Below are positions 12,825 through 22,527 of a DNA stretch of 64,000 nucleotides, piece by piece. Position numbers and translations under genes: made by a program. Positions within the stretch are counted from its first letter, which is position 1; each line of letters begins with the position of its first letter. The DNA comes from Candidatus Tectimicrobiota bacterium (lineage in GTDB: Bacteria; JACPUC01): NCBI GenBank assembly GCA_016192455.1, contig JACPUC010000029.1, positions 1 to 64,000 of the forward strand, in the 5' to 3' direction. The notes beneath the pieces are model-generated. The model had not been told where the DNA came from and searched no databases. It saw only the letters and a list, made by a program, of their open reading frames with translations.

Positions 12825-12856
12825 GTCGCCTCCCGCGCGGAGGCGTGGATTGAAAC
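12825..12856 (+). CRISPR. solitary type I-C-like CRISPR repeat (not an array)
   Basis: GTCGCCTCCCGCGCGGAGGCGTGGATTGAAAC: 32 nt, GTCGC start, internal hairpin, GGATTGAAAC end; only one full copy. Confidence 0.8.
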
Positions 12857-12999
12857 ATGCCTCTCGCCGAACCACTGCCGCCAGAGATGGACGCCTACGT
12901 TGCGCCCGGGTTTGGGCATTGAGGCACTGAACCAGAGCGCTCCACGCCTCCGCGGCGGCGCGTCTCTCCCGCTCCACCCTTCATGGAAGGATAGGTTGC

Positions 13000-14604
13000 A
13001 TGGCTTCATCTCAAACTCGACGTGGCGGGCCCCGCGACCTGCGCGAGCACGTCGCCGAGCTGGAGCGACGCGGCAAGCTCGTGCGTTTCGACATGCCCAT
13101 CAACAAGGACACCGAGCTGATGCCCCTGGTGCGGCTGCAATTCCGCGGCCTCGCCGAGGAGGAGCGCAAGGCGTTCCTGTTTGAGCACGTCACCGATGTC
13201 CATGGCCGGACGTTTGCGATGCCGGTGCTCGTCGGCGCCCTGGCCGGCTCGCGCGACATCTACTGCATCGGCATGCGGTGCGAGCCGGGGGAGGTGCTGG
13301 AGCGATGGTCCGCGGCCCAGCAGCACCCCATCCCGCCCCGCCTCGTCGAGGGCGGCCCGGTGCACGAGGTAGTCCTGCAAGGGAAGGAGCTGCGCGGCGA
13401 GGGGAATGGCCTGGACCGCATCCCGATCCCCATCTCCACGCCGGGGTTCGATTGCGCCCCCTTCACCACGATGTCGCACTGGGTGACGAAAGACCCCGAC
13501 AGCGGCCGCCGCAACCTCGGCAATTACCGCGGCCACCTGAAGGCGCGCGACCGCCTGGGCATCCTCGTCGTGCCCACGTCGGACTTCGGCGTGCAGTGGG
13601 CGAAGTACCGCCGTCAAGGCCGCCGCATGGAGGCGGCCCTCATCCTCGGCTGCGCGCCGCACATCTCCTTCACGGCGGCGGCCAAGCTGCCGGGGTTTGA
13701 CGAATTCGCGGTGGCGGGCGGCCTGGCGGGCGAGCCGGTGGAGCTGGTGCGCTGCAAGACCGTCGACCTCGAGGCGCCGGCGCGCGCCGAGATCGTCGTC
13801 GAGGGGGTGATCAGCACCGAGGAGCTGGAGCCGGAAGCCCCCTTCGGGGAGTTCATCGGCTTCATGGGCGAGCGCCACCTCAACCCCTTCTTCAGCGTCA
13901 CCTGCATCACCCATCGGCGCGACGCCATCTACGGCGCCATCATCAGCCAGTTCCCGCCCAGCGAGAGCACGAAGCTGCGCCAGATGGCCTTCGAGCCGGT
14001 GCTCTACCGCCACCTGAAGGTGCATGCCAACCTGCCGGTGACCGACGTGGCCTTCCATGAGTCCGGCGGAAGCTGGCACTACATCGTCATCCAGCTCAAG
14101 AAGAGCAACCCCAGCCAGGCGATGCAGGCGCTGCACACGGCGGTGGGATTCGATCCGACGATCGGCAAGATTTTCGTGGCGGTGGATGACAACGTCGATC
14201 CGCACGACGCCGACGCCGTGAACTGGGCGCTCTGCTACTGCATGCAGCCGCACCGCGACATGCTGGTCGTGCGGGGCCGCACCGGCTACCTTGACCCCTC
14301 CGCCTCGCCCCTGGGCGAGAAGGATATCTTCCCGCCGCCGTCCGGCAACTCCGCCCTCCTCATCGACGCCACCCGCAAGTGGGAGTATCCGCCGCTGTCG
14401 CTGCCGAAGCGGGAGTACATGGAGCGGGCGCGGAAGCTCTGGGAGGCGGCGGGCCTGCCGCGCCTGAAGCTCAAGGCGCCGTGGTACGGCGAGAACCTCG
14501 GCAAGTGGGATGCCGAGCTGGAGGAGGACGCCGAGCGCGCCGTGCGCGGCGAGTACTACGAGACCGGCGAAAAGCTGGCGCGGCAGCGGCGGAAGATGGA
14601 GTGA
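13000..14604 (+). CDS. UbiD family (prFMN-dependent) decarboxylase
   Basis: RNLGNYR, EAPFGEF, VAVDDNVDPHD and IDATRK motifs. Confidence 0.93.
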   Translation: MASSQTRRGGPRDLREHVAELERRGKLVRFDMPINKDTELMPLVRLQFRGLAEEERKAFLFEHVTDVHGRTFAMPVLVGALAGSRDIYCIGMRCEPGEVLERWSAAQQHPIPPRLVEGGPVHEVVLQGKELRGEGNGLDRIPIPISTPGFDCAPFTTMSHWVTKDPDSGRRNLGNYRGHLKARDRLGILVVPTSDFGVQWAKYRRQGRRMEAALILGCAPHISFTAAAKLPGFDEFAVAGGLAGEPVELVRCKTVDLEAPARAEIVVEGVISTEELEPEAPFGEFIGFMGERHLNPFFSVTCITHRRDAIYGAIISQFPPSESTKLRQMAFEPVLYRHLKVHANLPVTDVAFHESGGSWHYIVIQLKKSNPSQAMQALHTAVGFDPTIGKIFVAVDDNVDPHDADAVNWALCYCMQPHRDMLVVRGRTGYLDPSASPLGEKDIFPPPSGNSALLIDATRKWEYPPLSLPKREYMERARKLWEAAGLPRLKLKAPWYGENLGKWDAELEEDAERAVRGEYYETGEKLARQRRKME

Positions 14605-14730
14605 GAGAGGCCGCGGCGCACCGAGCCGGCTCATGGCGAGGACCGACCGCGGAGACGCGGGGGACGCGGAGGAAGGCTGAACCACTGACGGACACGCTTG
14701 CAAGGGCCGGGGCGCCCACGGACTCCTGTT

Positions 14731-14757
14731 GTAGGGGCGGTTCGCGAACCGCCCTAC
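14731..14757. repeat. GTAG-type REP palindrome
   Basis: GTAGGGGCGGTTCGCGAACCGCCCTAC, same family as 24351, 31381 and 48991. Confidence 0.85.
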
Positions 14758-15152
14758 GATGAAACGCTGGTTGGCGCGGATCGGTCTCCATCGGTGTTCA
14801 TGCGTGGGTTTGACTTCAATAAGCAGGATGTCCGTTTCACAAAAGCGATGATCCAGTGGGCGGAATGCCATGGTGACGGGCCGCGGAGAGCGGCAACACG
14901 GAGCGGAGGGTCGGAGCATTCGCAACGCCACAAGCCCCGACAACCGCGAAGGAATACCCGCGGCCTGCCTCTCGTTATCGCGGGCACAAGCGAAGCCAGG
15001 GCAGCAGGCGCCGGGGCGTGATGACCTGTCCGCCTCCGGCGCCGACCAGCCCGCGCGAGGGGACGGGTCCGCGGCAAGAGATGGGGTGGGGCCACAGGGG
15101 TTTCCGCCGGCGAGTTGAGGGAAGGCAGTTCACGAGGGAATCGGAGGGAGAC

Positions 15153-16523
15153 ATGCAGTACGACGCCATTGTGATCGGCTCGGGCCAGGCGGGGAAACCG
15201 CTGACCTTCAGCCTCGCCGACCGGGGCTGGAGCGTGGCGCTGATCGAGCGCGGCGAGCTGGGCGGCTCCTGCGTCAACAGCGGCTGAACGCCGACCAAGG
15301 CGATGGTCGCCTGTGCGCAGGTGGCGCACTACAGCCGCCAAGCGGCACGCTGGGGAGTGAAGACCGGAGAGGTTTCCGTTGATCTGCCGGCGGTGATGGC
15401 GATGAAGGAGCAGCTCGTGCAGCGCTTCCGCTCCGGCATCGCGGGACAGATCGAGCAGCGCGAGAACCTGCGGCTCTATCGCGGCCAGGCGCGCTTCAGC
15501 GCCGCGCACCGGGTGCGCGTGGGCGACGACGAACTCGAATCGGAGCACATCTTCATCAACACCGGCACCCGGCCGCTGATCCCCGCCATCCCCGGCTTGA
15601 ACAGCGTGGACTACCTGACGAACTGCGGCATCCTGAACCTCGCGGAGCTGCCGGAGCACCTGCTGATCATCGGCGGCGGCTACATCGGCCTCGAGTTCGG
15701 GCAGATGTTTCGGCGCTTCGGCAGCCGCGTCACCATCGTGCAGCGCCGCGGCCAGCTCGTGCCGCGCGAGGACCCGGAAGTGGCCGAGGTGCTCCAGGGG
15801 GCGCTCGAAGCGGAAGGCGTCCGCATCATCTGCAACGCCCAGGCGCGGCGCGTCGAGGGGCGCGGCGACGCCGTCAGCCTGGAGATCACGACGCCCACTG
15901 GCGAGGAGACGTTGACAGCCTCCCACCTCTTGGTGGCGGCCGGGCGGCAGCCGAACAGCGACGACCTGGGGCTCGAGGCCGCAGGGGTGGAGGTGACCGA
16001 GCGCGGCACGATTCGCGTCAACAGCCGCCTGGAGACCAACGTCCCCGGCATCTGGGCGCTCGGCGACGTGAACGGCGGGCCGAACTTTACGAACATCTCC
16101 GACAACGACTATCGCATCGTCTACGCGAACCTCATCGAAGGAGGCGAGCGCAGCACCAAGGGGCGCATCGTCCCCTACGCCATCTTCACCGACCCGCAGC
16201 TTGGGCGCGTCGGCCGCACCGAGCGGCAAGCGCGGGCGGCCGGCTATCGCCTGAAGATCGGCGGCATCCCGATGAGCTGGGTGGCGCGGGCGATGGAGCG
16301 CCAGGAGACCGCCGGGCTGATGAAGCTGGTCGTCAACGCCGAGGACGACCGCATCCTGGGCGCCGCCATCCTCGCCAGCGAGGGGGGAGAGCTGGTGCAG
16401 CTCCTGCACGCCCTCATGCTGGCCGACGCCCCGTACACCCTCCTCAAGGGCGCCATCTACATCCATCCGACGCTCGCCGAGGGCTTCTTCACCCTGATGG
16501 AGAACGTCAAGCCCGTGGACTAA
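15153..16523 (+). CDS. pyridine nucleotide-disulfide oxidoreductase (RclA/MerA/DLD-like), probable selenoprotein (UGA at codon 45)
   Basis: IGSGQAG FAD motif, GGSCVNSG[TGA]TPTK active site, IGGGYIG, HPTLAE; the two ORF-track pieces are in the same frame, separated only by TGA 15285-15287; GGAGGG RBS. Confidence 0.88.
15306..15325 (+). promoter_or_regulatory. candidate bacterial SECIS hairpin
   Basis: GUCGCCUG-UGCG-CAGGUGGC; loop starts 27 nt after the UGA, with G at loop position 2. Confidence 0.55.
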
Positions 16524-16575
16524 GGCCCCCGGCCGGCCCCCGGCCGCCTCCCCCTTGCAGCATTCGCGGCGCTGC

Positions 16576-17568
16576 TCACTGAAACTTCACAAAGAGATCC
16601 TTGTCCGGCAGCTTGTCGAGCTGCTTGAGCTTGTAGGCCTGCTCGACCTGCCAGCGGCCCGCGGCAATGGCGGCGTCGTCCCAGTCGGACCTGTAGATGC
16701 GCTTCATCATGCGCTCCTTCAGCGCCGCCACGACGCGCGCATCCTTGCCGTAGGGGCCCAGCGCCTCCAATCCGTGCTTGATGGTGTCCGGATTCTCCCG
16801 CATGACGCGGCGCGTCTCGGCGATTGCCTGCGCCAGTTTGCGGGCCGTCTTCGGGTTGGCGTCAAGCCACTCCTTCGAGGCGCCGGCGGTCACGAAGAGG
16901 AGGGACCTGCCGGTGATCTGCCGCCAGAGGTCCTCGTAGGTGGCGATCTCCTTTGCTTCGCCCTTCACCGTCAGGGCGGTGCTGAACGGCTCGAAGTGCA
17001 TGATCCCGGCCACGTCGCGGCGCTCCAGGAAGGTCTGCAGCGCCGCGGGATTGCCGATGATGAGGTCGAACTCCTTCTCGACGTCAAGCCCCTTCTGCGC
17101 CATCAGGATGGCGAAGGTGGTGTAGAACGCCGAGGCCCGGGGGATGATCCCCAGGCGCTTGCCGCGCAGCTCCCAGAAATCCTTGATCGGCGACTCCGGC
17201 GGCACCATGAAGGAGATGTGGCTGTCGAAGAAGACTTCGAAGTTCTGCATGTGCCGCCCTTCGTTCGTCATGCGGGCGGCGACGATCGCCCCCAGGTTCG
17301 CCACCTGGACGCGCCCGGTCAGCAGCGCCTGCATGCCGCGCGGACCGGGGAAGTAGCTGTACGCGATGTCGAGGCCGTACTTCTTGTCGATCTTCAGCGC
17401 CTGCATGACATCGGTGTGGACGCGTTGACCGCCGGTGGCTCCCACCCCCAGGCTCAGCGCGCCGTCGTCCGCCGCCCGCGCGCCAGGCGCGAGGACCGGC
17501 GCCAGGGTCAAGCCGGCACAGGCGATGAGGAGAAACAGCAGACGCGCCTTCCTGCAATTCGCTTCCAT
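16576..17568 (-). CDS. ABC transporter substrate-binding protein (NitT/TauT/SsuA-like)
   Basis: Signal peptide, KYGLDI, ALLTGRVQV and IKDFWELRGKRLG motifs; purine-rich RBS. Confidence 0.85.
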   Translation of the reverse strand: MEANCRKARLLFLLIACAGLTLAPVLAPGARAADDGALSLGVGATGGQRVHTDVMQALKIDKKYGLDIAYSYFPGPRGMQALLTGRVQVANLGAIVAARMTNEGRHMQNFEVFFDSHISFMVPPESPIKDFWELRGKRLGIIPRASAFYTTFAILMAQKGLDVEKEFDLIIGNPAALQTFLERRDVAGIMHFEPFSTALTVKGEAKEIATYEDLWRQITGRSLLFVTAGASKEWLDANPKTARKLAQAIAETRRVMRENPDTIKHGLEALGPYGKDARVVAALKERMMKRIYRSDWDDAAIAAGRWQVEQAYKLKQLDKLPDKDLFVKFQ

Positions 17569-17596
17569 CTTCCCCCCCTTTCTTCCTCCTCTCATG

Positions 17597-18646
17597 TCAG
17601 GACGGCTGGTTTCCGGCCGCGGCGCCGCGGCGATCCTCCGTCCCGTCGCTTCCGCCGCTCTCGGTTCCCATGGGGCGCGGCGTCGCCCGATCGTAGTACC
17701 CCGCCCAGTGCGGCGCGCTCGCCAACCCTTGCTCCTTCCAGCCGTCAACGAGCTCCCAGGCCTTGCGCCGCGACTTCGCCAGGTCCTTGGCGAGGCCGCG
17801 GAAGCTCTCCTTGTTCTCCGCCGAGAAACTGTTGAAGGGGCAGACCATGAGGCAGATCTTGCAGCCGTCGTACTTCACGAAGTAGGGGACGCAGGCGGGG
17901 GTATCGACGTGCCAGCGGCTGATGCCGTTCACGGTGCTCTTCCGCGGCACGATGGCGTCGCCGGGGCAGTGGTCGGTGCACAGGTTGCATTTCGTGCAGA
18001 AGTCATCCATGCCGAAGTCCTTGGGGCCTTCATCCACCTGCAACGGCAGGTCGGTGCTGACGGCGCCCAGGCGCAGGCTCGGCCCGAACTCCGGGGTGAT
18101 CAGCGAGCCGTGGCGGCCCAGCTCGCCGAGGCCGGCCTTCCAGGCATGGGGGATGAGGTTGAGGGCGTCGCTGTTCGTCTGCGACAGGGCGTCGTAGCCG
18201 AAACTGCGGATGTAGGCGGCCAGGCGCGTCGAGACGTCGGCCAGGCGGTAGTACACGTAGTGCACCTCGAGCTGCGAGGTCTCGCCGACGAACTTCATGG
18301 TCTCGAAGTCCATCTTGATGCCGTAGGCGATGACGTAGCGGTGCGGCGGCGGCTCGCTGTCGGTGAAGCAGTGGGCGGGGTCCATCTCGGTGATGCCCAC
18401 CACGTCGGCGCCCATGCTCTTCGCCATCGTCTTGACGTGGGCGCTCATGGCGGCGGCATCCGTGATCTCGCGCCGCGCGGGGTTCACCGGGCCCTGGCGG
18501 CGCCAGGCGGCGATGCCGTTCCAGAGCCACTGGTAGCGCTTCACCTCCTCGGTGCGATCGGCCCACTCGGGGTAGTCCTTCTCGAGCTCGTGGCTGACCC
18601 GGTTGCGCCGCGGTCGCCCGGTTGGTTTGATCTTGGTCTCCATCAT
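17597..18646 (-). CDS. reductive dehalogenase-like (cobalamin/2x[4Fe-4S]) protein; start uncertain
   Basis: GADVVGI, AGLGELGRHGSLITPEFGPSLRL, CTKCNLCTDHCP and C-x9-CKICLMVCP; no Tat leader. Confidence 0.85.
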   Translation of the reverse strand: MMETKIKPTGRPRRNRVSHELEKDYPEWADRTEEVKRYQWLWNGIAAWRRQGPVNPARREITDAAAMSAHVKTMAKSMGADVVGITEMDPAHCFTDSEPPPHRYVIAYGIKMDFETMKFVGETSQLEVHYVYYRLADVSTRLAAYIRSFGYDALSQTNSDALNLIPHAWKAGLGELGRHGSLITPEFGPSLRLGAVSTDLPLQVDEGPKDFGMDDFCTKCNLCTDHCPGDAIVPRKSTVNGISRWHVDTPACVPYFVKYDGCKICLMVCPFNSFSAENKESFRGLAKDLAKSRRKAWELVDGWKEQGLASAPHWAGYYDRATPRPMGTESGGSDGTEDRRGAAAGNQPS

Positions 18647-19044
18647 AAGCCCCCCAACGCCGGCAGTGTTCGTCATTCTCTTTTCGACGGCGCCGCGCCC
18701 CGCGTTCCCTGCCCCGCACGTCAGCCTTCCCGGCGCAAGAGCGCCGGATGAAAGACAAACGGGGTGCGCTTGACCCATGGTAGGCGTTTGGACTAGGGTT
18801 GCACGAGTCGCCCGGCATGTCAAAATACCGCGGACTGCGACGCTGCAGCCTTGTGGCCTGACACGCGGCACGACGGCAGCGGCTCCCGGAACCTCGCTGC
18901 CGGGCGGGACGGGCGGCGGCGCTCACCCTTGCATCGAGGCGGGAAGTTGCGGATGATCGTCGTGGCGCCGGAGGGGGCTGATGCTGGGGAGTGGCGGAAC
19001 GGCGGCGCCGGCGGCCCAGGGCCCAGGCTGGCGGAGGAGGCGTG

Positions 19045-21387
19045 ATGGCGATGGAAGCGGGCAGCAGCGCGAAGGGGAGCTCAATCGGGCGCTCCATCCC
19101 GCGGCGCGACGGCGCCGGCAAGGTCAGCGGCAGCGCCATTTATGCCGCCAACATCGTGCGCCCGCGCATGCTGCACGCCAAGGTGCTGCGCAGCCCCCTG
19201 CCGCGGGCGCGCATCACGGCCATCGACACGTCGCGCGCCGCGAAGGTGCCCGGGGTGCGCGCCGTGGTGACGGCCCGCGACCTCCAGGCGCGCCTCGGCT
19301 GCGAGATCATCTTCGGGTCGGTGCTGATCGACCAGCCGATGCTGGCCATCGACGAGGTGCGCCACGTCGGCGAGCCGGTGGCGGCGGTGGCGGCGGAGGA
19401 GCCGGAAGCCGCGGAGGAGGCGCTGGGCCTGATTGACGTGCAGTACGAGGAGTTGCCGCCGGTGCTCAACGCGCGCGACGCCCTGGCGCCGGGGGCGCCG
19501 CTGGTGCACCAGGCCATGAACCTCTCCGGCCAATATAAGGTCTTCTTCGCCTTCAACCCCGTGGCGGGGACGAACATGTGCAACCACCACGTCATCACGG
19601 TGGGAGACCTGCAGGCGGGCTTTGCCGCCTCCGACCTCATCGTCGAAGGCGTCTACACCTCTCCCTCGACGCAGCACTGCTGCATGGAGCCGCACGCCAC
19701 GGTGGCCGAGTACGCCGGCGGCCGGCTGACGGTCTGGACCTCGTCCCAGGCCCCCTACGCGGTGCAGACGCGCCTCGGCCCCCTCTTCCACTTGCGGCCG
19801 GAGCAAGTGCGCGTCGTCGTGCACAACGTCGGCGGCGGCTTCGGCGGCAAGTCGAACCTGAAGCTCGAGCCCCTCGCCTCGGCCCTGGCGATGCTCCTCG
19901 GCCGGCCGGTGAAGCACGTCACGACCCGCCGCGAGGAGTTCTACATCACCAGCAAGCACGCCGTCGAGTACCGGGTGAAGACCGGCGTCTCAAAGGACGG
20001 CAAGCTCCTGGCGCGCCGCTGCGAGGTTCTCTACGACACCGGCGCCTACGCCGAGACCGGTCCCATCGTGTCGATGAAGTCCGGCTACACCGCCGCCGGC
20101 CCGTACGCCATTCCCAACGTGCTCATCGACATCAAGTGCATCTATACGAACAAGGTCCCCGCCGGCTCGCTGCGCGGCCTCGGCGTGCCGCAGGTGGCGT
20201 GGGGCCACGAGTCGCAGATGGACGAGATCGCCACGTGCCTGGGGATCGATCCCTTCGACCTGCGGCGGCGCAACGTCTATCCCGATGGCGGCCTCTTCGT
20301 CAGCGGCGAAAACCTGCGGCACTTCCACCTCGACACGCTGCTCGACGAGGTGGCGGCGGCCAGCGGTTGGAAGACGCGGCGGCGCGCGGCCGCCGACGGC
20401 GCGCGCCTGGCCCGCGGTTTCGGCATGGCCTGCACGATGAAGAACTCCGCCAGCCCCACCCGCAGCCAGGCGCGCATCTGGCTGAGCCCGGAGGGCGTGG
20501 CGGAGGTGCGCTCGGCCACCGTGGAGATCGGCCAGGGGGCGGGCACCGTCCTCGTGCAGCTCGCCGCCGAGAGCCTCGGCATGCCGGTGGAGCGCGTGCG
20601 GCTCGCCCTCCTCGATACCGACGTGGTGCCGTTCGACGTCGGCACCATCAGCGACCGCTCGACCTTCCACATGGGCAACGCCATCGTGGCGGCGGCGGCG
20701 GACCTGCGGCGCCAGCTCCTGGAGCACGCCTCGCGCCTGCTCGAGGTGCCGAAGGAGAACCTGGTGCTGCGGGGGGAGGCGGTCTGCGTGCTGGAGGCGC
20801 CGGAGCGCAAGGTGAGCTTCGCGGAGATCGTCAGCGCTGCGGCGCCTGAAGCGGGGCTGTTAGGGGAGGGGGAGTTCGCCACCACGTCGCGCCTCTCCAG
20901 CATCGCCGAGCAGTGCGGCGAGTGGACGACGCCGTTCTGGGACGTGGCGGCGGCGGTCGCCGAGGTGGAGGTGGACCGCGCCACCGGCAAGATCAAGGTG
21001 CTGCGCTACGTCTGCGCCGCCGACGCCGGCCGGGCGATCAACCCCGCCCTCTGCCGCCAGCAGCTTGCCGGCGAGATTCTCATGGGCATCGGCATGACCT
21101 TCCACGAGGAGATGCGCTACGAGAACGGCCAATTGATCAACCCAAGCTTCGTCGATTACAAGATGCCCTCCCTGCGGGATACGCCCCTGAGCGTGGAGAT
21201 CGTGCTCGCCGAGTCAGGACACCCCGATGGGCCGTTCGGCGCCAAGGGCATCGGCGAGGTGGCGGTGCCGCAGGTGTCGCCGGCGATCTCGAACGCCGTC
21301 TTCGACGCGGTCGGCATCCGCCTCACCGAGCTGCCGCTGACGCCGGAGCGCGTGCTGCGCGCCCTGCGGGCCGGCGCCAAGGGGTAG
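19045..21387 (+). CDS. xanthine dehydrogenase family molybdopterin-binding subunit
   Basis: GGGFGGK, LRGLG, EIGQG and GAKGIGE motifs; GGAGGAGG RBS. Confidence 0.95.
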   Translation: MAMEAGSSAKGSSIGRSIPRRDGAGKVSGSAIYAANIVRPRMLHAKVLRSPLPRARITAIDTSRAAKVPGVRAVVTARDLQARLGCEIIFGSVLIDQPMLAIDEVRHVGEPVAAVAAEEPEAAEEALGLIDVQYEELPPVLNARDALAPGAPLVHQAMNLSGQYKVFFAFNPVAGTNMCNHHVITVGDLQAGFAASDLIVEGVYTSPSTQHCCMEPHATVAEYAGGRLTVWTSSQAPYAVQTRLGPLFHLRPEQVRVVVHNVGGGFGGKSNLKLEPLASALAMLLGRPVKHVTTRREEFYITSKHAVEYRVKTGVSKDGKLLARRCEVLYDTGAYAETGPIVSMKSGYTAAGPYAIPNVLIDIKCIYTNKVPAGSLRGLGVPQVAWGHESQMDEIATCLGIDPFDLRRRNVYPDGGLFVSGENLRHFHLDTLLDEVAAASGWKTRRRAAADGARLARGFGMACTMKNSASPTRSQARIWLSPEGVAEVRSATVEIGQGAGTVLVQLAAESLGMPVERVRLALLDTDVVPFDVGTISDRSTFHMGNAIVAAAADLRRQLLEHASRLLEVPKENLVLRGEAVCVLEAPERKVSFAEIVSAAAPEAGLLGEGEFATTSRLSSIAEQCGEWTTPFWDVAAAVAEVEVDRATGKIKVLRYVCAADAGRAINPALCRQQLAGEILMGIGMTFHEEMRYENGQLINPSFVDYKMPSLRDTPLSVEIVLAESGHPDGPFGAKGIGEVAVPQVSPAISNAVFDAVGIRLTELPLTPERVLRALRAGAKG

Positions 21388-21479
21388 CGCGACCGTGGGC
21401 GCGCCCCGCCGCCGCACCTCACCGCCCGCGGCGCGTGTCTCTCCCCGCGGCGCGAGTCCCCGCGAAGCGAGGACGTGTG

Positions 21480-22358
21480 ATGCGTGATTTCGAGCTCCTC
21501 TACCCCGCGACCATCGCCGAGGCGTGCCAGGCGCTGCGGCGGCACGGCGAGGGGGCGCGCCTGCTGGCGGGCGGCACCTCCCTGGTGCAGTTCCTGAAGG
21601 AGGGGATGTACGTCCCCGAGGTGCTCGTGGCGCTGCAGCGGATTCCGGCGCTCGACGCCGTCGTCGCGGCGGACGGCGGCCTGCGCATCGGCGCCATGGC
21701 GCGCCTGACCGACCTCGAGCGCCACGCCGCGCTGCGCCAGGCGGCGCCCCTGCTGCGCGCGGCCCTCCATCTCGTCGGCAACGTGCGCGTCCGCAACGTC
21801 GCCACCCTGGGCGGCAACCTCTGCCACGCCGACCCGCACGCCGACCCGCCGACGGCGCTCGTCGCCTTGCGGGCCGAGGTGGTGCTGGGGGATGGCGCGC
21901 AGTCCCGCCAACTGCCGGTGGCGGAGTTCCTCCTCGACTACTACGAGACCGCCCTGCGCCCCGGCGAGCTGCTGCAGGGCATCATCGTGCCGCGGCAGGA
22001 GCGCGGTCAGGTGAGCGTCTATCGGCGTTTCACGGCGGTCTCCGAGGAGGACTGGCCGTGCGTCACCCTGGCGGCGGTGGGAAGCGTGCGGGGGCGCGCG
22101 CCGAACCTCGCCTGCGCCGCGCTGCGCCTCGTGGTCGGCGCGCTGGAGCCGCGCCCGCGCCTCATCGCCGGGATTGACGAGCTGCTGCCCCTCGAGGCGG
22201 GCGACGCGGCGCGCCGGGAGACCCTGGCGGAGACCGTCATGGCGCAGCTCGCGCCGGTGGATGACCTGCTCGGTTCCGCCTGGTACAAGCGGCAGATCGC
22301 CGGGGTCCTCGCCCGCGAAGCGCTGGCGGACCTGTTCCAGCAGGGCGCCGCGCCGTGA
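21480..22358 (+). CDS. xanthine dehydrogenase family FAD-binding subunit
   Basis: LAGGTSL and VRNVATLGGNLCHADP motifs. Confidence 0.93.
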   Translation: MRDFELLYPATIAEACQALRRHGEGARLLAGGTSLVQFLKEGMYVPEVLVALQRIPALDAVVAADGGLRIGAMARLTDLERHAALRQAAPLLRAALHLVGNVRVRNVATLGGNLCHADPHADPPTALVALRAEVVLGDGAQSRQLPVAEFLLDYYETALRPGELLQGIIVPRQERGQVSVYRRFTAVSEEDWPCVTLAAVGSVRGRAPNLACAALRLVVGALEPRPRLIAGIDELLPLEAGDAARRETLAETVMAQLAPVDDLLGSAWYKRQIAGVLAREALADLFQQGAAP

Positions 22359-22527
22359 GGCGCGCCGTCGGCGTGGGTGAGGGTTGGCGCGGGCGCACTC
22401 CTCCCTTGTTCCACGCCGCGGCAGGTCCTCGGAAGCCACGATGAGCACAGCACAGTTCGATCCGGCGCGCTACAAGGCGGAACAGCGCCAAAGCTGGAAC
22501 GCCGCCTCCCAGCATGAAAGGGATCGC

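Noticed and set aside
12825-12930. A true CRISPR array
   Set aside because: Only one full repeat; what follows is at best a 9-nt remnant, and there are no cas genes in the window.
15153-16523. Calling the gene merA, or a pseudogene
   Set aside because: No N-terminal metal-binding domain, C-terminal Cys pair or mer operon; the single stop falls on the catalytic Cys codon, which favours recoding.
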